From NCBI GenBank assembly GCA_963715865.1, contig OY970280.1, forward strand, positions 1,632,001 through 1,696,000: a stretch of 64,000 bases of DNA. The letters are read 5' to 3'. This document shows, one piece after another, positions 1 to 10,010 of this stretch. Position numbers and translations under genes: made by a program. Position 1 is the first letter of the stretch. Each line of letters begins with the position of its first letter. The notes below the pieces were generated by a model. The model made no database searches and had not been told where the DNA came from. It worked only from the letters and a program-made list of their open reading frames with translations. The stretch comes from Candidatus Bathyarchaeota archaeon (GTDB lineage: Archaea; Thermoproteota; Bathyarchaeia; Bathyarchaeales; Bathycorpusculaceae).

Positions 1-2
1 TC

Positions 3-629
3 ATGGCCAGATTGCTGTACAATGCTGACCTCCTGAAGATGGCTAACGCTTCCCGTGTTCCAGTAATCAACGGCTGCGACGAGAAGTATCATCCAACACA
101 AGCTTTAGCAGATTTAATCACCATAAAAGAAAAGAAAGGCAAACTGAAAGGCGCTAAACTCGTTTACATTGGCGTCCACAATAACGTCTGCAACTCGCTC
201 ATTGAAGGCTGCACCAAAACAGGAGCCAAACTAACAACGGTTACACCGATTTTCAACGAAGTAGCAAGAGACGATGAATTGCTGGCTGAAGCGAAGAAGA
301 CTGGATTGTGGCAGTCAACCTTAGATGTAAAAAAAGCGGTTAAAGAAGCGGATTTCGTTTACACGGACACGTGGATTGACATGGAATTCTTCACTGACCC
401 AAAGTTTGCTGCTGAAAAGGACAAGCGGATTAAGCTTATGATGCCATACCAAATCAACGCTGAACTGCTGAAAGGCAGCAGCGCGTATATTATGCATGAC
501 ATGCCTATTCACAGAGGATACGAAATAAGCGCAGAAGCCATTGAGAATCTGAAGTCGGTGATTTATGAGCAGGCAGAAAATAGGCTATACTCAGCTAAGG
601 CAATTTTTCTTAAGCTGCTGGGTGCTTAA
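3..629 (+). CDS. argF: Ornithine carbamoyltransferase, C-terminal part (5' end probably outside window)
   Basis: HPTQALAD motif, DTW-DM and IMHDMP (HCLP-like) motifs of OTCases. Confidence 0.9.
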   Translation: MARLLYNADLLKMANASRVPVINGCDEKYHPTQALADLITIKEKKGKLKGAKLVYIGVHNNVCNSLIEGCTKTGAKLTTVTPIFNEVARDDELLAEAKKTGLWQSTLDVKKAVKEADFVYTDTWIDMEFFTDPKFAAEKDKRIKLMMPYQINAELLKGSSAYIMHDMPIHRGYEISAEAIENLKSVIYEQAENRLYSAKAIFLKLLGA

Positions 630-783
630 GCGCTCTTTTTTATCTATACCCCTCTATGAATAGTCTTAACGTTTGATTAGGTGACATGCTGAGGTTTATG
701 TGCTCTCAAACAAGAAGAGTGTAGCCAATCTTTGTGAGCAGCTTTTACGTTTTTCTTTTTGTTTACAGACAAGCTGCCAATGA

Positions 784-1245
784 TTATTTAGTTTCGCTTA
801 TTGTTTGGATTTTGAAGTTTGGGTTTATGGTTGAGAGAAGTTCGAGATACCTTTTGTTTTTCTTCAGGTTTTGAATGCCCTGATCCTCTGTTATTAAGGC
901 GTCACAACAGTTGAGTGCAGTTGAAAGGATTAGGCAGTCTATGAAGTCAACCATTAAGCTCCGGAGAATGAAGGCTGTTAAGAGGATTTTGCTATCATAC
1001 GTTGGGATTTTTTCGATAATATCATCATAAAACAATGACCTAATACCGCGTGTGACTCGCTCAGGTAAGAGTTCCTTATTGAGAACGTATTTTGCGCCTT
1101 TTGCTGAAAGCTCGTAAAGGCTTATCTGGCTAATAGCGATTTCATGCCCTTTTGTGTTTAGTGTGATTAAGGCATCTTTGGAAAGCCCTTTAATAGAAAT
1201 GCCTACGGTTGGAAGAAGATAGGTTGTATCCAGTAAAAGTTTCAA
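784..1245 (-). CDS. vapC: PIN-domain toxin (VapC family)
   Basis: N-terminal LLLDTTYL, later D-FID and LITED acidic PIN motifs; overlaps upstream antitoxin. Confidence 0.88.
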   Translation of the reverse strand: MKLLLDTTYLLPTVGISIKGLSKDALITLNTKGHEIAISQISLYELSAKGAKYVLNKELLPERVTRGIRSLFYDDIIEKIPTYDSKILLTAFILRSLMVDFIDCLILSTALNCCDALITEDQGIQNLKKNKRYLELLSTINPNFKIQTISETK

Positions 1246-1475
1246 GCCTCAGCCTGCCTGGAAAGTTCTTTTCTTTGTTTGTGAAATTCTTCCAAGGTTA
1301 TTTCTACAGGAGTATCTTCTTGGAGCACTTCTTTGATTGTTGGGACTGGTTCGACTATAAGCCTTCCTGATTCCATCTTGAAGATTACTTTAGTGCAGGC
1401 TTTAAGTCCTAATTTTTCTCGTATTTTCTTGGGAGGAAATAATTCCCCTTTTGAGCCTACTCGACTTTCTTGCAT
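1242..1475 (-). CDS. vapB: AbrB/MazE-type antitoxin (VapB)
   Basis: SRVGSKGELFPPKKIREKLGL AbrB signature; 4-nt overlap with PIN gene. Confidence 0.85.
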   Translation of the reverse strand: MQESRVGSKGELFPPKKIREKLGLKACTKVIFKMESGRLIVEPVPTIKEVLQEDTPVEITLEEFHKQRKELSRQAEA

Positions 1476-1601
1476 TCTTCTGAATCACCGAATGTAATAA
1501 AGATTACAGAAAAAATTAAACTTTTCGGAATAGTTTGATTTTTTGAAGGCATATTTTCTACAAGAAAAAAATTTTAGTGAGAATATTTCAAAAAAAATCA
1601 G

Positions 1602-2030
1602 CTAAAGACACTTAATGTAGCCGCATGAGTAGCATTTTCCGTCATGCACACAGACCACGTCTCCGCAGCTTGGGCATCGGTGCTTCTCTGTTTGACTTGC
1701 TAAAAACTCGTCCATGCCGTTAGCTTTCAGCATTTTGAGGTTTTCAACCATGCTCATGCCATAGCGTTCTCGGTAGCGCCTGTCTAAGCGGTCTAGGTTC
1801 TTGCAGGGCATCGCTTCGCATTCGTAGCAGAATTGGATTTGGTGTTTGGAGAGTTTGCTGCATTTTCTTTTGATGAAACAGTTCTTGCCTCTGGGAAGAC
1901 AGCCTGCGCAGTGAGTTACTTTGCCCCTTTGCCGCGGTATTCCTCGCGAATAGGCTATGTATCCTTTGCATAAGGCGCAGTTCATTCCGCAAGGCGCAAT
2001 TAGCTCAGAGACAAAATTGTGTTTGTTCAT
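1602..2030 (-). CDS. Cys-rich DUF3795-like protein
   Basis: APCGMNCALC, CxGC, CFIKxKC, FCYEC motifs and C-terminal CPSCG...CYSCG. Confidence 0.75.
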   Translation of the reverse strand: MNKHNFVSELIAPCGMNCALCKGYIAYSRGIPRQRGKVTHCAGCLPRGKNCFIKRKCSKLSKHQIQFCYECEAMPCKNLDRLDRRYRERYGMSMVENLKMLKANGMDEFLASQTEKHRCPSCGDVVCVHDGKCYSCGYIKCL

Positions 2031-2262
2031 TAGTTTTTATTTGAAATGTTATGAACTTAACGGTTTCGCTATATGTTAGCGAATTCACAAAAAACTCTAC
2101 GTTTCGGCTTAATCTGGTGTTATGTTTGTTGGTTGACGTTAGCATTGTAACTGTGTCAATACAACAACAAAGTTTTTTTAAACAATTCAGCACTAACTCC
2201 TTTAGCGGAATTTTGGTTTAGAGCACGAAGAGAGGATAATTAATATAGCCTTAGTGAAGTGA

Positions 2263-3216
2263 ATGCTATTGTTTTTATCTAGAGGTTTAAAGAACATTCT
2301 TGCACGCGGTATCTCAGCAGTTTTGCCTAAGGTAGCTTGGGATGAAAAATGTTTCCTCATATTTGAGAAAGCGGGCTTTCATATTACGCCAAACAATTTT
2401 TACTATCCAATCCCTGAACTAAACTCTTTAGATGCTAATTTATGGGAAAATGAATCTGAGCTTACTGGTTTAGACATTAATATAAACGAGCAACTTAGAT
2501 TATTGACCCAGATCTTTCCACTGTTCAAAGAAGAATATACTTTTCCAATAGAAAAAACAAGCATACCACATGAATACTACCTAAATAACTCCTGTTTTGG
2601 CGCGGTTGACGCAGAAGTATTGCATTCAATGATACGTTACTTTAAACCTAAAAAAATAATAGAAATCGGCTCAGGATTCTCAACATACATTTCCGCAAGA
2701 GCAAGCCGCCTAAACAAGGAGAAAGATGAAGTAAACACTGAGCTTACTGCGGTTGAACCATTTCCAAATGACACCTTAAAAAAAGGTTTCCCAGGCTTAT
2801 CTACCTTAATTCAAAAACCGCTTGAACAGGTGAATTTAGATTTATTCTCAAGTTTAGAAGCGAATGATATTTTGTTTATTGATTCAACGCATGTGCTAAA
2901 AATTGGTGGTGACGTAAAATACTTGTATCTGGAGATTTTGCCCAGACTTAGAAATGGCGTTATCGTTCATAGCCACGATATTTTCCTTCCCAGAGAATAT
3001 CCTAAAAGTTGGGTGCTAGAGAACCATTGGTTTTGGACTGAACAATACCTTTTGCAAGCCTTCTTAGCTTTCAATAGTGCCTTTGAAATCTTGTGGGCTA
3101 GTCAATACATGAGCCGCAAGTATCCTAACGAATCAAGTTTTGTGTTTCCTTCCTACCGTAAAGATAGCTTATTAGGCCCAGGCAGTTTTTGGATCAAAAG
3201 AAAGGTAAATAGTTAA
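2263..3216 (+). CDS. Class I SAM-dependent methyltransferase (Methyltransf_24-like, surface-glycan associated)
   Basis: IIEIGSGFST motif I, LFIDSTH, HSHDIFLP motifs. Confidence 0.82.
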   Translation: MLLFLSRGLKNILARGISAVLPKVAWDEKCFLIFEKAGFHITPNNFYYPIPELNSLDANLWENESELTGLDININEQLRLLTQIFPLFKEEYTFPIEKTSIPHEYYLNNSCFGAVDAEVLHSMIRYFKPKKIIEIGSGFSTYISARASRLNKEKDEVNTELTAVEPFPNDTLKKGFPGLSTLIQKPLEQVNLDLFSSLEANDILFIDSTHVLKIGGDVKYLYLEILPRLRNGVIVHSHDIFLPREYPKSWVLENHWFWTEQYLLQAFLAFNSAFEILWASQYMSRKYPNESSFVFPSYRKDSLLGPGSFWIKRKVNS

Positions 3217-3336
3217 AAATTAAATTTCAACCGTACCTTTGAAAGAGGACTATGTGATTAACAGGTTACCTTGGTTTTGAGGGATAATTCTTAATTACCG
3301 CGTCCTCTAAAGTGTCTGGCTTGAGGGAAAAATAAA

Positions 3337-4404
3337 ATGGTAAAGATGGATTTCGGTGGCGTCATAGAAGATGTCATCACTCGTAAAGAGTTCACAGTGG
3401 CGCAAGCCCAAAAAATCCTAAAAGACGAAGTCGTCGTCTCACTTGGCTACGGCATTCAAGGCCGAGCTCAATCACTCAACATGCGAGACAACGGAATAAA
3501 AGTAATCATTGGACAAGAAAACACAGGCGTACACAAAGCATACTACGACTTGGCAGTCCAAGACGGATGGGTTCTAGGAAAAAACCTGTTCCCAATGGAA
3601 GAAGCAGCCAAAAAAGGAACAATCAAAATGTTCCTACTCACAGACGCAGGACAAAAAGACGTTTGGCCAACTGTTAAAAAAACACTCAAAGAAGGCGACG
3701 CCCTGTACTTCTCACACGGATTCTCAATCGTTTACAAGGAACAAACAGGCGTCATTCCACCAAAAAACGTCGACGTTATCCTAGTAGCACCAAAAGGTTC
3801 AGGCACATCCGTTAGAAGAAACTTTGTTGACGGAAGCGGCATAAACTGCAGCTTCGCCGTCCACCAAGACGCCACTGGCAAAGCACAGGACCGCGTAAAA
3901 GCCATCGGCATCGCCATCGGCGCAGGCTACCTGTTTCCAACAACCTTCGAAAAAGAAGTGTACAGCGACCTCACTGGCGAACGAGGCGTTTTAATGGGTG
4001 CTTTAGCAGGCATCATGGAAGCACAGTACAACACGCTGCGCGAACGCGGACACAGCCCAAGCGAAGCCTTCAACGAAACCGTCGAAGAACTAACCCAAAG
4101 CCTAATTCGCCTTGTAGATGAGAACGGCATGGACTGGATGTACTGCAACTGCAGCGAAACAGCACGCATCGGCGCACTGCGCTGGAGAGAACGCTTCCGC
4201 GACGGAACCAAGCCACTGTTCGATTCATTGTATGATTTGGTGGCTGCAGGCGAAGAAACACGCATCGTTCTGGAAAAAAGCAAAGCACCGGACTACAGGC
4301 AAAAACTCGCTGATGAACTTAAAGCCATGGGTAACAGCGAGATGTGGCGCACAGGCGCAACCGTGCGCTCATTAAGACCAGGAAAACAGAAGAAGCAAGA
4401 ATAA
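3337..4404 (+). CDS. ilvC: Ketol-acid reductoisomerase
   Basis: GYGIQGRAQSLNMRDNG NADPH site, YFSHGF, VAPKGSG, SDLTGERG, EAFNETVEE motifs. Confidence 0.95.
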   Translation: MVKMDFGGVIEDVITRKEFTVAQAQKILKDEVVVSLGYGIQGRAQSLNMRDNGIKVIIGQENTGVHKAYYDLAVQDGWVLGKNLFPMEEAAKKGTIKMFLLTDAGQKDVWPTVKKTLKEGDALYFSHGFSIVYKEQTGVIPPKNVDVILVAPKGSGTSVRRNFVDGSGINCSFAVHQDATGKAQDRVKAIGIAIGAGYLFPTTFEKEVYSDLTGERGVLMGALAGIMEAQYNTLRERGHSPSEAFNETVEELTQSLIRLVDENGMDWMYCNCSETARIGALRWRERFRDGTKPLFDSLYDLVAAGEETRIVLEKSKAPDYRQKLADELKAMGNSEMWRTGATVRSLRPGKQKKQE

Positions 4405-5079
4405 ACTTCTTTTTCCAATCTTTTAATTTTATTTTTATGCAGTTTCCGCCTTGACTATACGTCAAGTTCTTGGGTTTGGCAAGCTAATTTTTTATATCTG
4501 AAAGCAACGCTTTGCTAAAACAACAAGGGGCTTAGTCTTGGATTACATTACAGTTGCTGCAGTAGCTGTCTTTGCAGTGACGCTTTTCTTGATGATTAAG
4601 CGTCCACGCGGTTTGCGGCTTGGCTATGCGGCTGGAAACGATGCGGCGGAAAGGCGTCAACATCAGCCTTAAAGAATACCTGAAAGTTGGTGCTGTATTG
4701 TCCATCGCGCAAGTTGCTATTGCATCAGCGGTGTTGTGGGCTGAATTGGGCATGGGCTTTAGGTTAATGCTATAGCGCTCTGAAAAGGCAATATAATCTC
4801 TATCTGGTACGTTCAATTTCCTTCCTTGACTGAAAACTACTAATTATTAGGATACGATAGCTAAAACTAACTTTTGATGACTGGTGAGTATCCATTTATC
4901 CTGCAAAATAGATGAGTTAAATTGCATGAGCCTCACCAGAGTAAACACTTGGACTATTCTATTAAACTTTTAATACTTAACAAATCCTTGAGGGTAAAAC
5001 TAGAAAAAGAAAAGAAGAACCTGAAGACTGGGCAATGAGTCTTATTTCAATTTCTTTCAGTTAAATACAAAGCTGACAT

Positions 5080-5394
5080 CTATTTCTTTAGTTCTATCAC
5101 TAACAAGTCTATAACGGAGTCGCCAACATTTGTCGCTTCATGATTTTGTGCAGTCATAAAAACTGCTTTGCCTTCAGTTAAGTCCATCGTGTCAGTTTTT
5201 CCTTCAGAAGTAATCTTTAATTTTCCACCCTTTAACACGTAGACTACATGTTCGGGGTGATGATGCATTTTTGCTGTGTCGCCTGGCTTAAAAACTACTT
5301 TGAGAACGCGTACCTTCTCATTTTCATTAATAAAATTGTAGACGTTTGAAGCAACAGAAACCGGGTCCAAATCCATTTGTGTCTTCATCAGCAA
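5080..5394 (-). CDS. Cupin domain protein
   Basis: MHHHPEHVVYVLKGG and HEATN cupin motifs. Confidence 0.85.
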   Translation of the reverse strand: MLMKTQMDLDPVSVASNVYNFINENEKVRVLKVVFKPGDTAKMHHHPEHVVYVLKGGKLKITSEGKTDTMDLTEGKAVFMTAQNHEATNVGDSVIDLLVIELKK

Positions 5395-5585
5395 TCACCT
5401 CCAAAATCGGTCTATGACAAACAGAGAATGTTACAAAAACATAAAATAAAACCTTGTGGCGAACACCATGCAACCACACAAAAAAGTTCAAAATGGTGGA
5501 GCTAAGTGCACTTGGATTCAAGCTTTTTTAAATACAAGCAAATAACAGATTTAAACAAAGCAAAAACCACTTTAAGTGAACCAAA

Positions 5586-6797
5586 ATGATAATCAACAAA
5601 GCAAACTTGAATCCTGACTCCTTAAAAGGAGAAATTGCCCTTGTAACAGGGGCTGGACGAGGAATCGGCTATGAAGCAGCAAAAACCCTTGCTTGGCTTG
5701 GCGCAAAAGTAGTTATCGCCGAAATTAACGAACAAAACGGAAAAACCGCTGAAGAAAGTATCAACAAAGAGTTCGGAGCTGGAGAAGCGTTTTTTGTTAA
5801 AACAGATGTTGGCAATGAAAAAGACCTTGATAAACTGGCTGAAGCAGCACTAAAAAAGTTTGGCAAAGTTGACATAGTTCTAAATAATGCTACAGTGTTT
5901 CCAATTGGCGCCGTTAAGGATACACCGATTGATTCATGGGATTTTAGTTATCGTGTTAATTTAAGAGGCCCAGTTCTTCTGGCAAGAAAATTCCTTCCAG
6001 CCATGACAGAACGCAAACACGGCGTATTCGTCTGCGTTTCATCCTCAGGCGCTGCACCATTCATAGGAGCGTACGAAGTGTTCAAAACAGCTCAAGTTGA
6101 ACTGGCAAACACTATCTCCGCTGAAGTTGAAGGCACAGGAGTATACGCTTTCACCATTGGCCCAGGCATTTCCCGCACGCCCGGATTTACTGAAGGCGGA
6201 GGAAAAGTTGCTTCGCTCATGGGAATGAGCTTGGATGAACTGTTTGAAATGAACAAAAACGCTCAGATTTCACCTGAAGCTGCCGGAACAGGCTTTGCAA
6301 TAGCTATTGCCCTTGCCAAAAGGTATCATGGTCAAGAGACAAGTTCAATCCAAGTGCTTAGGGAAGCTGGAATAGAGTTAACAGACGAGAAACAGAAAGC
6401 GCAAGAACAAGAAAAATTAGTCACTAAACCTATCGATATCCAAAATACAATTGAACTTTATGAGTTAGTGCAAAAAACATATCTTGAACAATCGGAAGGA
6501 TGGAAAAAACGCAACCTCTTCGAGAGGCAATGGATATCAAGAGACTTCAAGAAGAACACTGGAATGTCCATTGATGAGATGCAAACAACAGTAAAAGCCT
6601 TGGGAAACAGCTTAAAAACTCAGGCTTCAACAGCAGAGTTCGTTGAACCATTAAATCGGTTAGCAGCTTACTACGTACATCAGCAAGAACAGCTTAAAGG
6701 CTTCGAGAAAGACCCAAAGAAGCTAGAGGAAAACCTAAAAATCATTGACGGCTGGATAATAGATGTTAAGCAATTGGTGCAAGTATTAACAGCTTAA
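5586..6797 (+). CDS. SDR family oxidoreductase with ~150-aa helical C-terminal extension
   Basis: TGAGRGIG, NNA, YEVFK (YxxxK) motifs. Confidence 0.85.
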   Translation: MIINKANLNPDSLKGEIALVTGAGRGIGYEAAKTLAWLGAKVVIAEINEQNGKTAEESINKEFGAGEAFFVKTDVGNEKDLDKLAEAALKKFGKVDIVLNNATVFPIGAVKDTPIDSWDFSYRVNLRGPVLLARKFLPAMTERKHGVFVCVSSSGAAPFIGAYEVFKTAQVELANTISAEVEGTGVYAFTIGPGISRTPGFTEGGGKVASLMGMSLDELFEMNKNAQISPEAAGTGFAIAIALAKRYHGQETSSIQVLREAGIELTDEKQKAQEQEKLVTKPIDIQNTIELYELVQKTYLEQSEGWKKRNLFERQWISRDFKKNTGMSIDEMQTTVKALGNSLKTQASTAEFVEPLNRLAAYYVHQQEQLKGFEKDPKKLEENLKIIDGWIIDVKQLVQVLTA

Positions 6798-6819
6798 GTT
6801 TCAAATGCCTGTGCTTGGT

Positions 6820-7863
6820 TTATTCAAGTTTTTTTAGTATTTCCCTGTAAACCGTTAAGGCAGTTTTTTCGTCGGTGACTCCTTTTAGGAGCATGCGTCC
6901 ACCATTAAATAAGCTAACTTCATATCCCTTGTAATTGAACATCAGAGCTAAACGCGACTTCAAACGCACATTAAACCGCTTATTTACGACTGGGTATACT
7001 TCATCAAGGTTCAGCTTTAACAGTTTTTCAGGGTTAATGTTAGCTGTATCTTTTCCACAAAGCCAAACAAGCCGCTCACCACCAGCAACCGAAGACAGCG
7101 CACCGTGGCACACAGGGCAGCGGGTGCTTTTTGAAATATCTATGCTGGTGAAATCCATGTCGCTGAAGTCGCAGACTAACAGTTTGCCCTTCAAAGTTGA
7201 GCCGATTCCAGCTAAGAGTTTTATGGTTTCCATAGCTTGCAAAGCGCCGATTATTCCAGTCGTTGCACCTAACACGCCACGAGTGCTGCAAGTTAGCAAG
7301 TCTGAGTCGGAAAGGTTAGGCATCAAACATTCTAAGCATCCAGTTTCAGGCGGAACAAACACCGATAGGTTGCCTTCAATTCCGATGGCTGCTCCGAAAA
7401 CGTATGGAACCTTCAATTTTACGCAGGCACGATTAACAAGGTAACGAGTCACCATGTTATCTAACCCGTCCACAACGCAGTCCACGCCATCTAAAAGGCG
7501 TTCAACATTGCTGGCGTTCACGTTTTCAGGAACTGCTTCAGCCTTGACAAGTGGATTAAGCTCTTGTAAACGTTTTGCTGCCACCTCAGCTTTTGGATAA
7601 TGCAAATCAGCCATTGTGTATAGGATTTGGCGGTGAAGATTCTGCGCCTCAACTGTGTCTTGGTCAATTAAACGAATGTAGCCCACGCCAGCCAAAGCAA
7701 GATAAAGTGAAGAAACCGTGCCCAATCCACCTGCACCGACAACTGCAACTTTAGACTTAGCCAAGCGCAGCTGTCCTTTTTTGCCTAATTCTTTCATTAT
7801 AACTTGGCGACTGCAGAAATCTTTAGCGAACGCTTCCTTTTCTGCCGCATCCACCTTAACCAT
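6820..7863 (-). CDS. moeB: HesA/MoeB/ThiF (E1-like) adenylyltransferase
   Basis: GAGGLG, DQDTVEAQNLHRQ, CLEC...CPVC zinc motifs. Confidence 0.88.
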   Translation of the reverse strand: MVKVDAAEKEAFAKDFCSRQVIMKELGKKGQLRLAKSKVAVVGAGGLGTVSSLYLALAGVGYIRLIDQDTVEAQNLHRQILYTMADLHYPKAEVAAKRLQELNPLVKAEAVPENVNASNVERLLDGVDCVVDGLDNMVTRYLVNRACVKLKVPYVFGAAIGIEGNLSVFVPPETGCLECLMPNLSDSDLLTCSTRGVLGATTGIIGALQAMETIKLLAGIGSTLKGKLLVCDFSDMDFTSIDISKSTRCPVCHGALSSVAGGERLVWLCGKDTANINPEKLLKLNLDEVYPVVNKRFNVRLKSRLALMFNYKGYEVSLFNGGRMLLKGVTDEKTALTVYREILKKLE

Positions 7864-8088
7864 TCTCCGAGTTAGTGTTGTTATTCAGTCTTATATCTGC
7901 CTTTTATTCGGAACTGCCTTTCATATATTTCCCTAATTTTCTCGATGGTATCCGCGTCCTCTGGGCCTTTGTTGTCCCTGACGTGGATTATTCTGGCGAA
8001 CCGCAAGGCTTTATTATGGATTTCTCACAAGAACTGTTGGTGTTAAGAATTTGGAACAGAAAAACAAAACAACTAATATTAACGCTGT

Positions 8089-8712
8089 CTAATTGTCTGT
8101 GCCAGAATTTCGAAGCTGATACTGGAGAGCTCTTATGACGGCTTTCTTAAGGTCGTTTTCTCCTTGGTAAGTTCGCATTTTGACCCCGTATTTGTCCAGA
8201 TACTCCATAAGCATTGATGAAAGCACTATGCTATTTTTACTCAGGAACCATAATTTTCCAGCATGCTCACGGAAGAGCGCATGCATAAGTTCCAAGTATT
8301 CGCCTCCGCGTGTTTCCTCTTTGTCTCTTAGCAAGAAAATGACTTGGGCATTCCGCATTAAGACATCCAGCTTTTCGAAAATGGGAAATCTATGGAATTC
8401 TGTGATTTTGTATCTCTTTTTTAGGTAATCATAAACAGTTTTATCGATTCCCTCTTTTTCCAGTTTCAGGTCGTTCATGTCAACGAGCTGATTTTCCTGA
8501 AATATGAAGAGGGTAATTCTGTCCTCGTCTGAAAGTTCTGTCAAAACCTCCACGACATCTGAAAAATACACTTCCACGCCATCAAGCAGCAACGCATATA
8601 CGTTTTCTCCTGAAAAAGTCTTCACTATTTCTTCTTTAACGTTTTCGAGTCGGGCTTTTGTTTGAGGATCAAAACTGCCCAATAGCAAAATTGTGACTAA
8701 GGGTTTGTCCAA
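8089..8712 (-). CDS. Hypothetical protein
   Basis: 207-aa ORF, co-oriented in a three-gene operon. Confidence 0.7.
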   Translation of the reverse strand: MDKPLVTILLLGSFDPQTKARLENVKEEIVKTFSGENVYALLLDGVEVYFSDVVEVLTELSDEDRITLFIFQENQLVDMNDLKLEKEGIDKTVYDYLKKRYKITEFHRFPIFEKLDVLMRNAQVIFLLRDKEETRGGEYLELMHALFREHAGKLWFLSKNSIVLSSMLMEYLDKYGVKMRTYQGENDLKKAVIRALQYQLRNSGTDN

Positions 8713-8725
8713 TCCGATTTCACTG

Positions 8726-8983
8726 CTATTGATCCTCTGTTATCTTCAGGGTTACTATTTTTAAGTTTTCATCCAGTTTCGCTTCGAATCTGCCTTTTCT
8801 CTTTGCTGTTGTTGACAAGAATGGAACAACTTTGAACGAGCCTTTGATAGAATAGGTGTCGTCAACGTTTATTTCGGAGATTTCTATTTCAGCGCTCGCG
8901 TATGCTTCGTTAAGGGCTTCTGAAATCTCTTTTTTCAGTGCGCTTTTGATTTGATATAGTTCATATTTTGTTTGCATTATCAA
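8726..8983 (-). CDS. Hypothetical protein
   Basis: 85-aa ORF overlapping upstream wHTH gene by 4 nt. Confidence 0.65.
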   Translation of the reverse strand: MIMQTKYELYQIKSALKKEISEALNEAYASAEIEISEINVDDTYSIKGSFKVVPFLSTTAKRKGRFEAKLDENLKIVTLKITEDQ

Positions 8984-9312
8984 GCAGTCTCCTTAACAGC
9001 TTTGAGGAGATCTTCTCCGATTAGTCTTTTTAGTTCTGAGAGCTTGTCGTTCACGATCTTGTATCTTGGTTGTCCCCTGATGTCAATTTTCGCAATAAAC
9101 CCCGCGCTCATAAGTTCGCCTAGGTGGAAGCTTAGCGTGTTCGGGTTGATGCGGCCTGCCCATTTTTCTATGGCATCCTTCAGTTCAGACCATGTGGCTT
9201 CTTCTTTGGCAGCGATAAATGCGGCGATGAAGCTTCTTAATGGGTTTGCGAATATTTCGCATTTTTTGCTTGCCTGCGCAATTAAGTCTTCGATACTCAT
9301 GTTTAGCACCAA
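8980..9312 (-). CDS. Winged helix-turn-helix (ArsR-like) regulator
   Basis: NPLR...ATWSELK...NTLSFHLGELMSAGFI pattern. Confidence 0.75.
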   Translation of the reverse strand: MVLNMSIEDLIAQASKKCEIFANPLRSFIAAFIAAKEEATWSELKDAIEKWAGRINPNTLSFHLGELMSAGFIAKIDIRGQPRYKIVNDKLSELKRLIGEDLLKAVKETA

Positions 9313-9485
9313 TTTTAGTTAGGCAGCTCCAAGATATATAGTTAACTGTAATTAACTTAAAGTTAATCATGATTAACCTAGCAGAATTTCCAGCCAAGAT
9401 AACCAATCGCCAAAAATGCTAAAACCTTAAAAAAAAAGCGGTAGGTTCACGTTGCGATAAAAAGAGTACGTTAAGGGATGTGAAT

Positions 9486-9860
9486 TTAGAAGGAAGCTTC
9501 GAGTTTTTCTTTGACTTCTTTGATTTTTTTGGTTAGCTCTTCGACTTCCTTTGTGTTGCCTAATGCTTTTTGGCAGTCTCGTGCATAATCTAGTGCGCTG
9601 ACGCCGTACCTGTCGAATCCCTTGTTAAACGAGATTTCTGCGGACTTCATGAAGAGCTCTAGGCTTTTCGTGTAGTCTTTGAGGGCAAAGGCGCATTCGC
9701 CAGCCTTATAGTACATTTCTGCTGAGCCGAAATAGTTCTGCCCTTTGTAGTAGAGTTCAGCCACTTTGACAAAAATGTCCTTCGCTTCAGCGTACTTGGC
9801 GTTTTCCATTAACGCATTGGCATCTTTGTGGAGTTTTATTGGGTCTTCTTTTACGCTCAT
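9486..9860 (-). CDS. Small TPR-like helical repeat protein
   Basis: Repeated A-x-x-Y/F-x-K-A helix pairs (AELYYKG, AEMYYKAGE, LELFMKSAE). Confidence 0.7.
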   Translation of the reverse strand: MSVKEDPIKLHKDANALMENAKYAEAKDIFVKVAELYYKGQNYFGSAEMYYKAGECAFALKDYTKSLELFMKSAEISFNKGFDRYGVSALDYARDCQKALGNTKEVEELTKKIKEVKEKLEASF

Positions 9861-10010
9861 GAATTATCACTTACAATCGTCATTATTTTGCGGTGAACTT
9901 CCATTTAGATATTACTCTCCCACAAGGCTCTGTCTCTAAATAATCAGAACTATCGGCAAATGGCATAACATAAAAGGCTCTTCCAATATGCAGTTAGTAG
10001 GGAATAAATC

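Noticed and set aside
4532-4816. 94-aa ORF in the ilvC-cupin intergenic region
   Set aside because: No recognisable motifs or RBS; cannot be supported.
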